A stretch of DNA of 64,000 bases from Octopus vulgaris (GCA_951406725.2 OX597836.1:14012001-14076000); one strand, 5' to 3'; shown: positions 1-12,233, counted from the first letter of the stretch. Notes: generated by a model not told the origin, from the sequence alone. Program-made: numbers and translations.

Positions 1-6
1 ACTTAC

Positions 7-67
7 CACAATAATACTCGTCCAAGTCGTAGATTCCTGAGGCAGGAAGAGGGTTTGTAAATTGGCG
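7..67 (-). CDS. PIK3R1: Exon of PI3K regulatory subunit p85-like gene (linker after SAM: RQFTNPLPASGIYDLDEYYC); gene continues beyond the left edge
   Basis: Acceptor ...gatattcag at 68-69, donor gtaagt at 1-6. 61 nt, phase 0 in, phase 1 out, in frame with the 1537-1617 exon. Confidence 0.8.
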
Positions 68-760
68 CTGAATATCGGTCAAGATGCAGAGACACAGGAG
101 GAAAGAAAAAGTAAAAGAAACCTTGGTTATTAAAATAATTTACGTCAAAATATACTTAAACAAACATTAGCAGACATCAAAGTCATAAGGACAGGTCGTG
201 CCGTGAGGTAAGAAATGTGCTTCTCTGCCAAATGGTTTTGGGTTCAGTTCCACTACATGACCACCCTTGGCAAGTATCTTCGATTATAGCCCCAGGCTAA
301 CCAAAGCCTTGCGAGAAGATTTGGTAGACAAACTGAAAGAAGCCCACTGTATGTATATGCATGTGTGTCCGTGTTACCGTCTCCTTGCAAAACAGTTCTG
401 AATGAGTGTCACCAGCAGGCAACCTGTTCCATGAAAACATTTCTGGTCATATGAAAGCATTACCTGACTTGGAAACACGTGAGGGCTGATAACAGGAAGG
501 GCATCCAACCCATGCAAACATGGAAAAAGGGTAAGAAGATAATTCATAAATACAGGCAGCACATTCCTCTTCATTCTCATTTTTCATTCCAAATGGAAAT
601 CCAAGACAGCTGATGAGGGATTTGCCAAAGAGGGAAAAGTAGTTGCCTTCTCTCCTTTTAGTCAAATCTAACAACTTTTTTCATCAAAAAAGCATTTTGC
701 CTAGTGTGCTAACAATTCTGCTAGATCACCACCTTAATAATAATAATAATAATAAATAAA

Positions 761-795
<35 letters not shown>

Positions 796-1536
796 ATCTT
801 TCCTACAAAAGGCACAAGGCCTGAAATTTGGCAGGTAGGGGGCCAGTTGATTAGATCAACCTCAGTGTTCAGCTGGTACTTAATTTATTGACCCCGAAAG
901 GAAGAAAGGCAAAGTCGACCTCAGCAGACATCAGACAGAAGACAACAGCCTGCCCCTTCCAGTTGAAGGAAGACAACTGGGATCATCTTCACAGTGACAA
1001 TGATTGATAACAGGATCCATTGTTCAGGCCACATCATGTCTTCAACAAAATTCCACAAACAAGCAAAGCCCAGACACTCAGCAAATGAATGGAGAATGGT
1101 TTTGATGGACACAGTCTTGGACAGGCCCAGCTGACAGCAATTCTATGCCTATAAAATCTGACCAGCAACGCTTTGCTGGTAGCACTCAGATTTTTTTTTT
1201 CTAATTTTGGCAACAAGGCCTACAATTTTGAGAGGAGATGGGGGCATGTCATTTTAGTTGACCCCAGTACATAAAGAACTGCAAGGAAGGCCTAATGTGT
1301 TAACAACTCTGCCTGCTTGCAGCAGCAACAACAATCCTTTCTACTAAAGGCACAAGGCTTGAAACTCTGGGGGAGGGGTCTAGTCAATTACATCAACCCC
1401 AGTATTTCACTGGTACTTAATTTATCGACTCCAAAAGTATGACAGGTAAAAATCAAGCTCAGTGAAATTTCACTGAGGTCAGAATGTCAAGACGGGCAAA
1501 ATGCTGTGAAGCAAAATAATAAATATTAAGACTCAC

Positions 1537-1617
1537 CTGGTCTGGGTTCCTTTCACAGAGTTCATCAATACAGACCAAAAGGGACTTTTTATGAAACTCA
1601 TCTTTTATACCCATCTC
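1537..1617 (-). CDS. PIK3R1: Exon, second half of SAM domain (EMGIKDEFHKKSLLVCIDELCERNPDQ)
   Basis: catttacag acceptor and CAG|gtgagt donor; 81 nt, phase 0-0. The MGIKDEFH..LVCIDEL motif is recalled from invertebrate p85-like SAM domains. Confidence 0.9.
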
Positions 1618-1688
1618 CTGTAAATGATACAAGCAAGAATAAAATAACAGTGAAATTAATAATGATGAAGATGATATGAATATTATAT

Positions 1689-2383
1689 GTGCCGGTGGCA
1701 CGTAAAAAGCACCATCCGTCCGTGGCCATTTGCCAGCCTCGCCTGGCCCCTATGCCGGTGGCACGTAAAAAGCACCATCCGATCGTGGTCGTTGCCAGCC
1801 TCGTCTGGCCCCCATGCCGGTGGCACGTAAAAAGCACCATCCGTCCGTGGCCATTTGCCAGCCTCGCCTGGCCCCTATGCCGGTGGCACGTAAAAAGCAC
1901 CATCCGATCGTGGTCGTTGCCAGCCTCGTCTGGCCCCCATGCCGGTGGCACGTAAAAAGCACCATCCGTCCGTGGCCATTTGCCAGCCTCGTCTGGCCCC
2001 CATGCCGGTGGCATGTAAAAAGCACCATCCGATCGTGGCCATTGCCAGCTCCGCCTGGCACCTGTGCAGGTGGCACGTAAAAAGCACCATCCGATCGTGG
2101 CCGTTGCCAGCCTTGCCTCGCCTGGCCCCCGTGCCGGTGCCACGTAAAAAGCACCATCCGTCCGTGGCCGTTTGCCAGCTCCGTCTGGCACCTGTGCAGG
2201 TGGCACGTAAAAAGCACCCACTACACTCACGGAGTGGTTGGCGTTAGGAAGGGCATCCAGCCGTAGAAACACTGCCAGATCAGACTGGAGCTTGGTGCAG
2301 CCTTCTGGCTTCACAGACCCCAGTTGAACCATCCAACCCATGCTAGCATGGAAAGCGGACGCTAAATGATGATGATGATGACA
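1689..2383 (+). mobile_element. 5'-truncated RTE-like LINE 3'UTR copy with nine internal ~62-63 bp tandem units and (TGA)n tail
   Basis: Repeated gtgccggtggcacgtaaaaagcacc units followed by the ggcgttaggaagggcatccagc...ggacgctaaatgatgatg tail, the same tail as the LINE at 4748-5303. Confidence 0.8.
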
Positions 2384-2599
2384 TGACAAAGGTGACTAAG
2401 TTCACCTTGATGGTGTTTGTTATTACCAGTATCATAAAATTCATTTATACAGAAACAAGTTGGATACCAACGAAGCTACGACATGCCCTGACAGTCACTC
2501 AACACTCTGTATGGAAGTGTGTATACAGTATGGTGGTCCCAAACCATTGGGTACCAGACCTATAGGGCTTTCTGTGTCAAAAGACGTTAAAATCAAGTC

Positions 2600-3020
2600 T
2601 TTGGGAGCCTCATGAACAGAGATTTCAAAAACAGGCCTGGTTGGGTTGAGATATGCCAAGGTAACATGTACGCAACGCATGGGTGGGCAAGATTAGGGAA
2701 GCATCAACTGTATGAAGGTAAGAGGCTACTGGAGGTAATGACATGTAGGGAGAAAAGTATAGGGGATAGAATAAAACTTTGGGGTACGCCAGAGCTGAAG
2801 GAGTTTAAGTCAAAGTGGACTCCTGTAGCACACACCACAAGGTACAGATAATGTGGAGTTGGCAGAGCTCTGGACAGCAGCAGATTGGAGTGCTATAAGG
2901 TTTAGATGATGGCCTGAGGCAGGGGATGTGTTGCTTAGCATGTATAGGGATGGTGGGTGGTCAAGATAAGGCAGTGGTTAAATGACTCGATAGATGCTAA
3001 GATGGTATGGTTTGGCAAAA
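2600..3020 (-). mobile_element. Ancient degenerate L2/CR1-type reverse transcriptase remnant
   Basis: Minus strand ~2741-2793 translates SGVPQSFILSPILFSLHV, matching the RT GVPQGS.L.P.LF..Y motif. Boundaries are approximate. Confidence 0.55.
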
Positions 3021-3280
3021 GCTGGGTTTTGGAAATGAGAAAATGATTAAAGGCGTTCAATGTGTGTGTGTGTTGTTGTTGTTGTTAAGCAACAAGACGG
3101 TTAAGGGTGATTAGGTGATGGTCTAGGGCTTAGGAGCGGGAGACCCCAGACCTTGGGAGAAAAAAAAACTTTGGTTGTCTTGTTGTAGTCGAGGGCTCTT
3201 CGTTGACGCCCGACACCACTGGGAGGTGGCCCTTGAAGTCGCTGGAAATGGAGATCTCCAGGTCCAAATTCTTGAACGGC

Positions 3281-3404
<124 letters not shown>

Positions 3405-3989
3405 AAATCAAGGATGCTCGTAAGGGATGAAAATAATTGCTTAAGGAGGACACTCTGTTAAATGGTTGGTGTTAGGAAGGGCATCCAGCCATAGAAGCCA
3501 TACCGCAACAGACAGTCGGAGTCTGGACAGCTCCCAGCTAGCCAGCTCCAAATAAAACCATCCAAACACATGCCAGCATGGAGAGCAGACATTAAATGAT
3601 GATGATGATGATTATTAGAAATTGTACAAAAAAAAAACTAGTTTGTGTATTGGAGAAGTATAACCAATTTATTGCAGATGAATTTTAACAGTAAAATCTT
3701 ACAAAGACCCCGCCCCGCCCCACCCCCCCAGTGCCATGTGGACCCCAGTTGAGAGAACCACTGCTCTAGACTTTGATATTTAGTCTTTCAAATCTTCTGT
3801 TTATCAACATCTTTTGAATTTGTAGGCCCATTTTTTTCCTTCTTTGTGGTCCCTTATGCAACAGTGGCCTCAAACCTTGTCTTGGACAAAATCGCATATC
3901 AAAACAAACAAAAAATCCTACAAAAACAAGGATAACAAAAAGAGTAAAAGAGGAAAGAAAAAAAAAGAGAAAGAAATTCTGTAACAAAC

Positions 3990-4124
3990 CATCAATTTTT
4001 CTTCATCTATATTCTTTAGTTCCATACCATTAATGTTTTTATCCCTAAACAATTCAGCATAACGATAAAGATTGAGGGCTGCCATCCAATCAGAAACGTT
4101 AGTTACTGTCCACTTCTCTAGACT
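3990..4124 (-). CDS. PIK3R1: Exon, first half of SAM domain (SLEKWTVTNVSDWMAALNLYRYAELFRDKNINGMELKNIDEEKLM)
   Basis: tttttgtttcag acceptor and ATG|gtttgt donor; 135 nt, phase 0-0. Typical SAM pattern W...V..W...L.L..Y...F....I.G..L.....L. Confidence 0.92.
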
Positions 4125-4252
4125 CTGAAACAAAAAAAAAGTCATAAGATAAATAAACAAATAAATAAATAAATAAATAAGGTATAATAATAATAATAAT
4201 AACAATAATAATAATAATAATAATAATAATTGCCAATAAAAAAAAGACTTAC

Positions 4253-4356
4253 CACACATTCATCAGGAGGTGACACATGGGGAGCCTGTTCTCGGCTACA
4301 AACTGCTTTTTCTATCACACCGTTCTGACAGCTTAAGTGACAACAATGTCCACAGC
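4253..4356 (-). CDS. PIK3R1: Exon, C-terminal part of C1 domain plus linker ((G)CGHCCHLSCQNGVIEKAVCSREQAPHVSPPDECV)
   Basis: ttgttgttgcag acceptor and GTG|gtaagt donor; 104 nt, phase 1-0. Supplies the C..H..C..C ligands. Confidence 0.9.
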
Positions 4357-4408
4357 CTGCAACAACAAGAAAAACAACAATTGAATTACCTCTAATATTT
4401 TTGAAAAT

Positions 4409-4459
<51 letters not shown>

Positions 4460-4747
4460 AAAACATATCATTAACCATCTTGATGGTAACTAGCCCTAGG
4501 CTACCTCTGGTCCTTTGGTACAAACTTGCTTTTTTTTAAAGTGATTTAAACTAAAACCTTTCCTCCAACTTTAATGTTAGTTATGTTCAAAACACCAAGT
4601 TAAAAACAGTAATTCCTTCCACTATAGGCACAAGGCCTGAATTTGGGAGCGGGGGTGGGGGTAGGCAATTACATCGACCCCAGGACTCTACTGGAACATA
4701 TTTTAGCAACCCCAAAAGGGATGAAAGGCAAAGTCAACCTCGGAGGA

Positions 4748-5303
4748 AGGAAGACATGGGATGAGGTGGTAAAGCATGATCGTTGAACGTTGGGCCTCAC
4801 AGAGGCAATGACGAAAGACTGAGACCTCTGGAGATATGCTGTGACTGCGAAGACCCAACAAATAACGTGAGTTCAAGGCTGTTTCCAGCACCAGTTTCGC
4901 ATAGCAGCCCCACCCCATCCAAAGTACCTTGGATTGCAGGACGGCCTGCTGTGCTTACCTCGGTGCTTGAGGAGACCTATTGAGTCAAGTACATCAACAT
5001 CAAAATAAAAATCAAATGGAAATTTTAGTTGTAATACCCGTGCCTGTGGCACGTAAAAAGCACCATCCAAACGTGACCAATGCCAGCGCTGCCTTGACTG
5101 GATTCCGTACCGGTGGCACGTAAAAAGCACCCACTACACTCACAGAGTGGTTGGCATTAGGAAGGATATCCAGCTGTAGAAACACTGCCAGATCAGAATG
5201 GAGCCTGGTGCAGCCGCCTGGCTTCCCAGACCCTGGTCAAACCGTCCAACCCATGCTAGCTTGGAGAACGGACGTTAAACGATGATGATGATGATGATGA
5301 TGA
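4748..5303 (+). mobile_element. 5'-truncated RTE-clade LINE (ORF C-terminus, 3'UTR and (TGA)n tail) inserted into a family B SINE
   Basis: Translates RKTWDEVVKHDR*TLGLTEAMTKD*DLWRYAVTAKT, an RTE C-terminal motif whose stops look like CGA>TGA decay. SINE B halves lie at ~4615-4747 and ~5304-5375. Confidence 0.8.
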
Positions 5304-5461
5304 ACATAAGGATGGGTGAAATGCCGATAGGTATTTTGCTCAGCATGCTAACGCTCCTGCCAGCTCGCACCCTCATTAATAATAATACTTTCTACTAAAG
5401 GCACAAGGCCCGAAATGTTGGGAGAGGGGACAAGTTGATTACATCAACACCAGTGTTTCAT

Positions 5462-5534
5462 TGGTATGCATAGGACTCGAACCTACACCCCTGTGTTTAT
5501 GCAATCAGTGTGCTACCATTTACACAGTGATCAC
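5462..5534 (-). pseudogene. tRNA-like sequence (tRNA pseudogene or orphan SINE head), possible CAT anticodon
   Basis: D-arm GTGT-AAATGGTA-GCAC and T-arm GTAGG-TTCGAGT-CCTAT, ending GCATACCA. The acceptor stem does not pair. Confidence 0.5.
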
Positions 5535-5559
5535 TTATCAGCTTTAAGCTTATAAAATA

Positions 5560-5845
5560 CTAGCAGTATCACCCGGCGTTGCTCGGGTTTGTTTCGACCC
5601 TTTAGAATTGGAATTTTTGAGAAGTAAAAATTTTGCATTATGTAGCTTGTTATTCTCTTCAAGTGAACTTTTTTCTGGTTGAAATACACCGAAAAATGGC
5701 GACACAACAGTCAAAAAAATTGTAAAGAATAGAGATTTTCATAGAAAAAAAGCACCTTTTGGATGTAAATAATTTTTGGTGTTAAAATGGTCTGATTTGA
5801 ACTTTTTCTTCTACTGAAGAAAAAGCAAGCCTTCTTCTATCATAC
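5560..5845 (-). mobile_element. Helitron 3' terminal fragment
   Basis: Minus strand ends ACCCG-AGCAACGC-CGGGT-gatactg-CTAG|T: a subterminal GC hairpin followed by CTAG. The internal boundary is approximate. Confidence 0.7.
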
Positions 5846-6060
5846 ACACAAACAAACACAGGAGGATCCCAGCTGGAACAACTTTGATAATAGGTCTGCT
5901 GGATCATAGCTGGCCAAGGGGTAAACAACAACATCTGGTTGTCTATGTATATATTAGTTGTTGTTGTTGTTGTTGTTGGTGGTGGTGGTTTTAGCAGAAT
6001 TCTGAACTTGACCAAGTCACAGAGAGAGGAACAAAAAATGCATCTGTAAACAGCCAAACT

Positions 6061-6274
6061 TTAACACTTTCGTTCCCTGCCATTCCCCATGGCCACCACC
6101 ACCACCACCTGATTAATTTTGAAACTAATAATGAATTTAGTAAAACAACTTTGTCTTTATTAATCTGTTGTTTGGATTTTGACGAGAGGTTTTAATTTAG
6201 ATTGCTTTAAAACAAAAGTTTTGTATTTTAGAGTCAGGGGACAGTCTTTGACAGGGTGGTATCGAAAGGGTTAA
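6061..6274. mobile_element. TTAA-flanked MITE (piggyBac-like termini), degenerate
   Basis: ttaacactttcg...cgaaagggttaa ends; interior related to the 21939-22166 copy. Confidence 0.65.
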
Positions 6275-6651
6275 GCAAAGTATCACAGTGATGTGGGAGG
6301 TGGATACAAGGAACACGTCAACAGAAGAGCTTCTACATGGGCAATCTATTTGCTAGAAATAGCAGTCAAATTTTCCTGCTATCTTAAAAAAAATATATAT
6401 ATATATGAAAAGGGAAGAACAACATAATTTTCAACAAAGAGACAGAGACAGACAGACAGTGGTTATCACAAAAATGGGTTTGATTTTTAGAGCAAAAGAA
6501 TTTGTGGTGGGATGACCAGAAGCTGAGTATCAACGACATGTCTAAGTAAAAGCAACTCAACTAGACCCCTGTCCCAACCTGCATCAAAAGAAAAAAAAGG
6601 GAACAAAAAATAACAGTAACAAAAACTAACAGAAAACATGAGTATATTACA

Positions 6652-6684
6652 AACACACACACACACACACATGTACATAAATGC

Positions 6685-6749
<65 letters not shown>

Positions 6750-6819
6750 CATACATATATATATATACATACATACACACATACATAAATATATGCATGT
6801 AGACACACATACACATGCA

Positions 6820-6857
<38 letters not shown>

Positions 6858-7245
6858 CATGCATATACATATTTATATATATATATATATATATACACAC
6901 AAACACATAAATATATACATATATATAAATACACATGCATATACATATATATATATATACATACACACATACATACATACAAACAAACGTGCATAAATGT
7001 ATGCATGTAGACACATATGCATGCGTATAAATATATACATACACATATATACATATATACACACATATGCACATATATATATATATATATATAAATACAC
7101 ATGCATATACACACATATATATATACACACACACACACATATAAATATACATAAACGCACATACATTTATACATATACACACATACATATATATAAATAC
7201 AAATGCACATACATTTATATATATATATATACATATATATATATA
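6652..7245. repeat. Compound (TA)n/(CA)n/(TACA)n microsatellite field
   Basis: Seen directly; the source of the spurious YI/CV-rich ORFs. Confidence 0.95.
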
Positions 7246-8018
7246 GATAAATGTAAGTGTGCAAAAAAAGGTAGTAATAGTGAAGAGATGTTGTTACAGA
7301 ACAGAAAGTAAGTTTTTGTCTTTTGTAAACGTGAAAACTAAAAGTAGAAAGGTAAAAAAAGCTAAGACAACCTTCTTGGTTCCGACCTGCTGGAAGACTA
7401 ATTAAACTTAGAAACTGTAAATGGTTGGCTTTAAAGCTTCTGCACCTCCCCCTCCCCTTCTACACACGTACACACACACACACATATACACACACATATA
7501 CACACACACATAGACACACGTTTTACTTGGTAGCCCAGCAGCTGTAAGTTTTTTTTTACTTTGAATACTTTAAAGATCTCAGCCAGCTGCCTCAAGGCTA
7601 ATCCCGTGAAACTGCTGTAGCACCTACCACCACCATCAACACCATCCACCACCACCATCGCTGCAGCTTACACCACTTCACCTTGGTCAGATCGATGACT
7701 TGGCCATGAAATTAGTTCTTTCCCGATCATTAAACAACGCAAATCTCAACTACGCCTGCACTGACACAACCATCATCACCACCACCACCACCGCCACCAC
7801 CACCACTAAGTCAGTCATTGAGTCAATAAGGCGACTCTTTGTGTAGCTACACGAGCAGCTAGAAATAGCAGCCCAGTCTGCCTTCACCCTTTAGCATTTA
7901 AGCTAGCCATATCAAGGCAAATGTTCTACCTGGTTTTTATGCTCAAACCAACCACATGGGGCCCAAGTATTCTACCTGTTTTATGTTGAAACAGGCCATA
8001 GCAGATCCAAATATTCCA

Positions 8019-8536
8019 CTGGCTGTGTGGTAAGTAGCTTGCTTACCAACCACATGGTTCCGGGTTCAGTCCCACTGCGTGACACTTTGGGCAAGTGTCT
8101 TCTACTATAGCCTCGGGCTGACCAAAGCCTTGTGAGTTTATTTGGTAGACGGAAACTGAAAGAAGCTCATCGTATATATGTGTGTGAGTGTTTGAGTGTC
8201 TGTGTTTGTCCCCCCAACATCGCTTGAGAACCGATGCTGGTGTGTTTACGTCCCCGTAATTAGCGGTCCGGCAAAAGAGACCGATAGAATAAGTACTGGG
8301 CTTATTACGGGGACATAAACACACCAGCATCGGTTGTCAAGCGATGGTGGGGGAACAAACACAGACACACAAACATATACATATGACAAGCTTCCTTCAG
8401 TTACCGTCTACCAATCCACTCACAAAGCCCAAGGCTATAGTAGAAGACACTTGCCCAAGGTGCCACGCAGTGGGAATGAACCCGGAACCATGTGGATGGT
8501 AAGCAAGCTACATACCACACAGCCACTCCTGCGCCT
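8019..8536. mobile_element. Two family A tRNA-derived SINEs fused tail-to-tail (+ copy 8019-8304, - copy 8305-8536)
   Basis: Heads with A box TGGCTGTGTGG and B box-like GGTTCA(G/T)TCCC at both outer ends, in opposite orientation. Confidence 0.85.
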
Positions 8537-8550
8537 ATGTGTGTGTGTGC

Positions 8551-8609
<59 letters not shown>

Positions 8610-8786
8610 ATACATAGTGCCAAGATATACTCCTGACAGGCTGGTCATGGCTGGAATGACTATGATCATCGCAGATCTACTCAATTAGGATCGGCCTAGG
8701 GCTAAACCACAACAATAAAAACAATGACAAAGGTGATAATCAGGTAACCCTACAGATTTGGCCACCCAGTTCGAGGGATCATCTAC

Positions 8787-9420
8787 ATGGTCAACCAACC
8801 TGCTTGAAATAGAAGCCAAATCTCTCAAATTACATCCTGTGTGGTCACCTGACCTGCTAGAAACAGCAGTCAAATCTCTCACATCATACACCCTGTGGAG
8901 TAACTCCTGGTGGAAATAAGAACCAAATCCCTTGAATCATACCCTGTGTGATCACATGACCTGCCAGAAACAGCAGTCAAATTTCTCACATCACACCTGG
9001 AGTAACTGCTAGTAATAGCAACCAAATATCTCAAATCATACTTTTGTGATAACTTAAGTGGCTAGAAATAGCAACCAAATCTCTCAAATCATACTCTGTG
9101 ATCACTTGATCTGATAGAAATAGTAGCCAAATCTCTCAAATCATACACTGTGATCACTTAACCTGCTAGAAATAGCAACCAAATCTCAAATCAAATTCTC
9201 TGTGATCACTTAACCTGCTAGAAATAGCAACCAAATCTCTCAAATCAAATTCTCTGTGACCACTTGATCTGCTAGAAATAGCAACCAAATCTCTCAAAAC
9301 AAATTCTCTGTGATCACTTGATTTTCAAGAAATAGCAACCAAATCTCTCAAACCATACACTGTGATCACTTAACCTCCTAGAAATAGCAACCAAATCTCT
9401 CAAATCACACCTGTGGTCAC
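8787..9420 (+). repeat. Tandem array of ~12 units (mostly ~52-54 bp) amplified from the core of a dispersed SINE-like family (F)
   Basis: Repeated gctagaaatagcaaccaaatctctcaaatca...tgtgatcacttaacct. The same motif occurs singly at ~7859, 9675, 45205, 51421, 57305 and 58011. Family tail ctggggctaaacaacaac at ~9575. Confidence 0.85.
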
Positions 9421-10446
9421 TATAAAATAGAGCTAGAGTCTCCCTTAAATTGCATCCAATTATCTTAAATGACAACTTAAGATACTGAAAATGACACACC
9501 CCTAAAAAGATGGAGAGGTCATCGGAGAAGTGACTTTGACCGTAGCTCATATATCTACTCCATTCGGGTTAACCTGGGGCTAAACAACAACAAAAACAAA
9601 AGCCAAGTAACTCTGCAGATTCCCTCATGCCCTGCTTGGGGAGGGGGAGCCTCTATGTGGTCATCTAGATTGCACGAAATAGCAGCCAAATCACTCACCA
9701 AAAAAAAAAAAAAAAAAAATCAACCATTACCATCTACTGCTGCAACCATTATAAACCACTCCCACCACTCTCATCATCGCTCTCCTCCTACTGCTCCTCC
9801 CGTTCAGTTCTCACTCTGGCAAAGGTTAACGGCCTAGAAGTTAGTTACTTTGTCAATGAACAATATAGACCACAGCCTCCGTTGCATCACCATCACCACC
9901 ATCATCACTGTCACCACCACCACCATCACTACTGTAAGTTATAATCAATCAATCATCATCATCATAACCCTGTTCCACCTTGGTATTGCTTCTTGATGGC
10001 CGTGAAGTTAACTTGGAGCCAAACGATACTGCAGCAGATGCTCTGCTAAGAAATTTCCCTGCCAAATCACATGGTTCTGGGTTCAGTCCCACTGTATGAC
10101 ACCTTGGGCAAGTGTCTTCCACTATAACACGAGGCCGACCAAAGCCTAGTACTTATTCTACTGGACTCTTTACAAGGATGTAAACACACTAACACCAATT
10201 GTCAAGTGATGATGGGGGAGGGGGACAAACAGACACATACATAAATACATACATGTATATATATATATATCATCATCATCATCGTTTAACGTCCGCTTTC
10301 CATGCTAGCATGGGTTGGACGGTTCAACTGGGGTCTGGGAAGCCAGAAGGCTGCACCAGGCCCAGTCTGATCTGGCAGTGTTTCTACAGCTGGATGCCCT
10401 TCCTAATGCCAACCACTCCGTGAGTGTAGTGGGTACTTTTTACGTA

Positions 10447-10507
<61 letters not shown>

Positions 10508-11155
10508 TATATATCTATCTATCTATATATATATATATATAGGATGGGTTTCTTTCATTTTCCGACAGCCAAATCAACTCACAAGGCTTAGGTTGGTCCG
10601 AGGCTATAGTAGAAGACACTTGCCCAAGGTGCCATGCAGTGGGGCTGAACCCAGACCCATGTGGTTGGGAAGCAAGCTTCATACCACACAGCCACACCTC
10701 ATGTATGTGTATGTGTACATTTACGTATACATGTGTGCGTGTGTGTGTGTACATATCATTTTAGTGCCTACTTTTCCATGCTAGCTCGGGTCACACAGAA
10801 TTTACTTAGGCAGATTTTCTTCAGCTGGATGCTCTTCCTGCTGCCAACACTCAACTGTAGCCAAGAAAGGTAATATTTTCCCCTATGGTCATACATTTTG
10901 GAAACTAATGGTACAGTTTGTGTTATTGACACTCATTCACAACTATCACATGATCACAAGACAAGGTGGACACACACACACACAATAGGCTTCTTTCAGT
11001 TTCCATTCACCAAACCCACTCAGAAGGCTTTGGCTAACCCAATACTGTAATAGAAGAAATCCAAGGTGTTGAGCAGTGGAACTGAACCCAAAACCTTAGA
11101 ACTGGGAAGCAAACCTTTTAACCACAGCCAATCTGTGCCTGCATCTCTCTCTCTC

Positions 11156-11206
<51 letters not shown>

Positions 11207-11447
11207 ATAACAACAGGTAACCTAAATTGTGCTGGTGCTTATCTATTTATACACTTTGTATAATTTTTCCATCATATATATATACACACACACATATTTA
11301 TTGGCACCACATAAAAAGCCCCCAGTACAAAATGTAAAGAGGTTGGAGTTAAGAAGAGCATTCCAGCAGTAAAAACCGTGCCAAAACAGATAACCGGAGT
11401 TAGGTGCAGTCCCACCAGCTTACCAGCTCCTCCTGACAAACTAGCCA

Positions 11448-11527
<80 letters not shown>

Positions 11528-12185
11528 ATGTATGTGTATCATATTAATTGGCACGTCTCCAAATGATGAAAGATTTTGTAACTTTTGTATTTTTTCTGGA
11601 ATTTTAATGTCATTTTAATAAGTCCTTTTTATGTTTTCATCATCCTCATCATCGTTTAACGTCCGTTTTCCGCACTAGCATGGGTTGGACGGTTCAACCG
11701 GGGTCTGGGAAGCCAGGGGCTGCACCAGGCTCCAGTCTGATCTGGCAGTGTTTCTACAGCTGGATGCCCTTTCTAACGCCAACCACTCTGCGAGTGTAGT
11801 GGGTGCTTTTTACGTGCCACCTGCACAAGTGCCAGGGGAGTCCGGCATCGTCCACGATCAGTTGGTGCTTTTAACGTGCCACCAGCACGGAAGCCATCCC
11901 AAATTTTTAATTTACCAATGTTTTATAACTTTAAGGATAAATTCACTGTGTTTTGTATATAACACTGATTCTTATATATATTATATGATTTTTATCTATT
12001 TACATATATATTATTATATTTATATATGTCGAATTTTATATCCGTTCTATAGATATAAATGAATATATGAATATATGTATGAATTTGATCTTTGTGTGTG
12101 GATCTTAGTAATGTTCCTTTAGTTCCTGCTCACATTGCTTCTGCTAAAATTAAGAAGAGCATGTGTATGTATGTATGCATGTATG

Positions 12186-12233
<48 letters not shown>

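Noticed and set aside
1598-2389. 263-aa repetitive ORF (DGAFYVPPA repeats)
   Set aside because: Antisense reading of the tandemly repeated LINE 3'UTR. Only 1537-1617 is a real exon, and it is in another frame.
6487-7311. Long YI/CV/HT-rich ORFs here and at ~29000, 35300-36050, 38050-38780, 50000, 53400-56950 and 58460-59420
   Set aside because: They are translations of dinucleotide microsatellites, with no splice or domain support.
8787-9420. CRISPR-like regularly spaced repeats
   Set aside because: The intervening sequence is also repeated, the context is eukaryotic and there are no cas genes.
9980-10050. Protein-like VLLLDGREVNLEPNDTAADALLR on the + strand
   Set aside because: It overlaps a decayed SINE F tail (gttaacttggagccaaac) and runs into a SINE A head; no splice sites.
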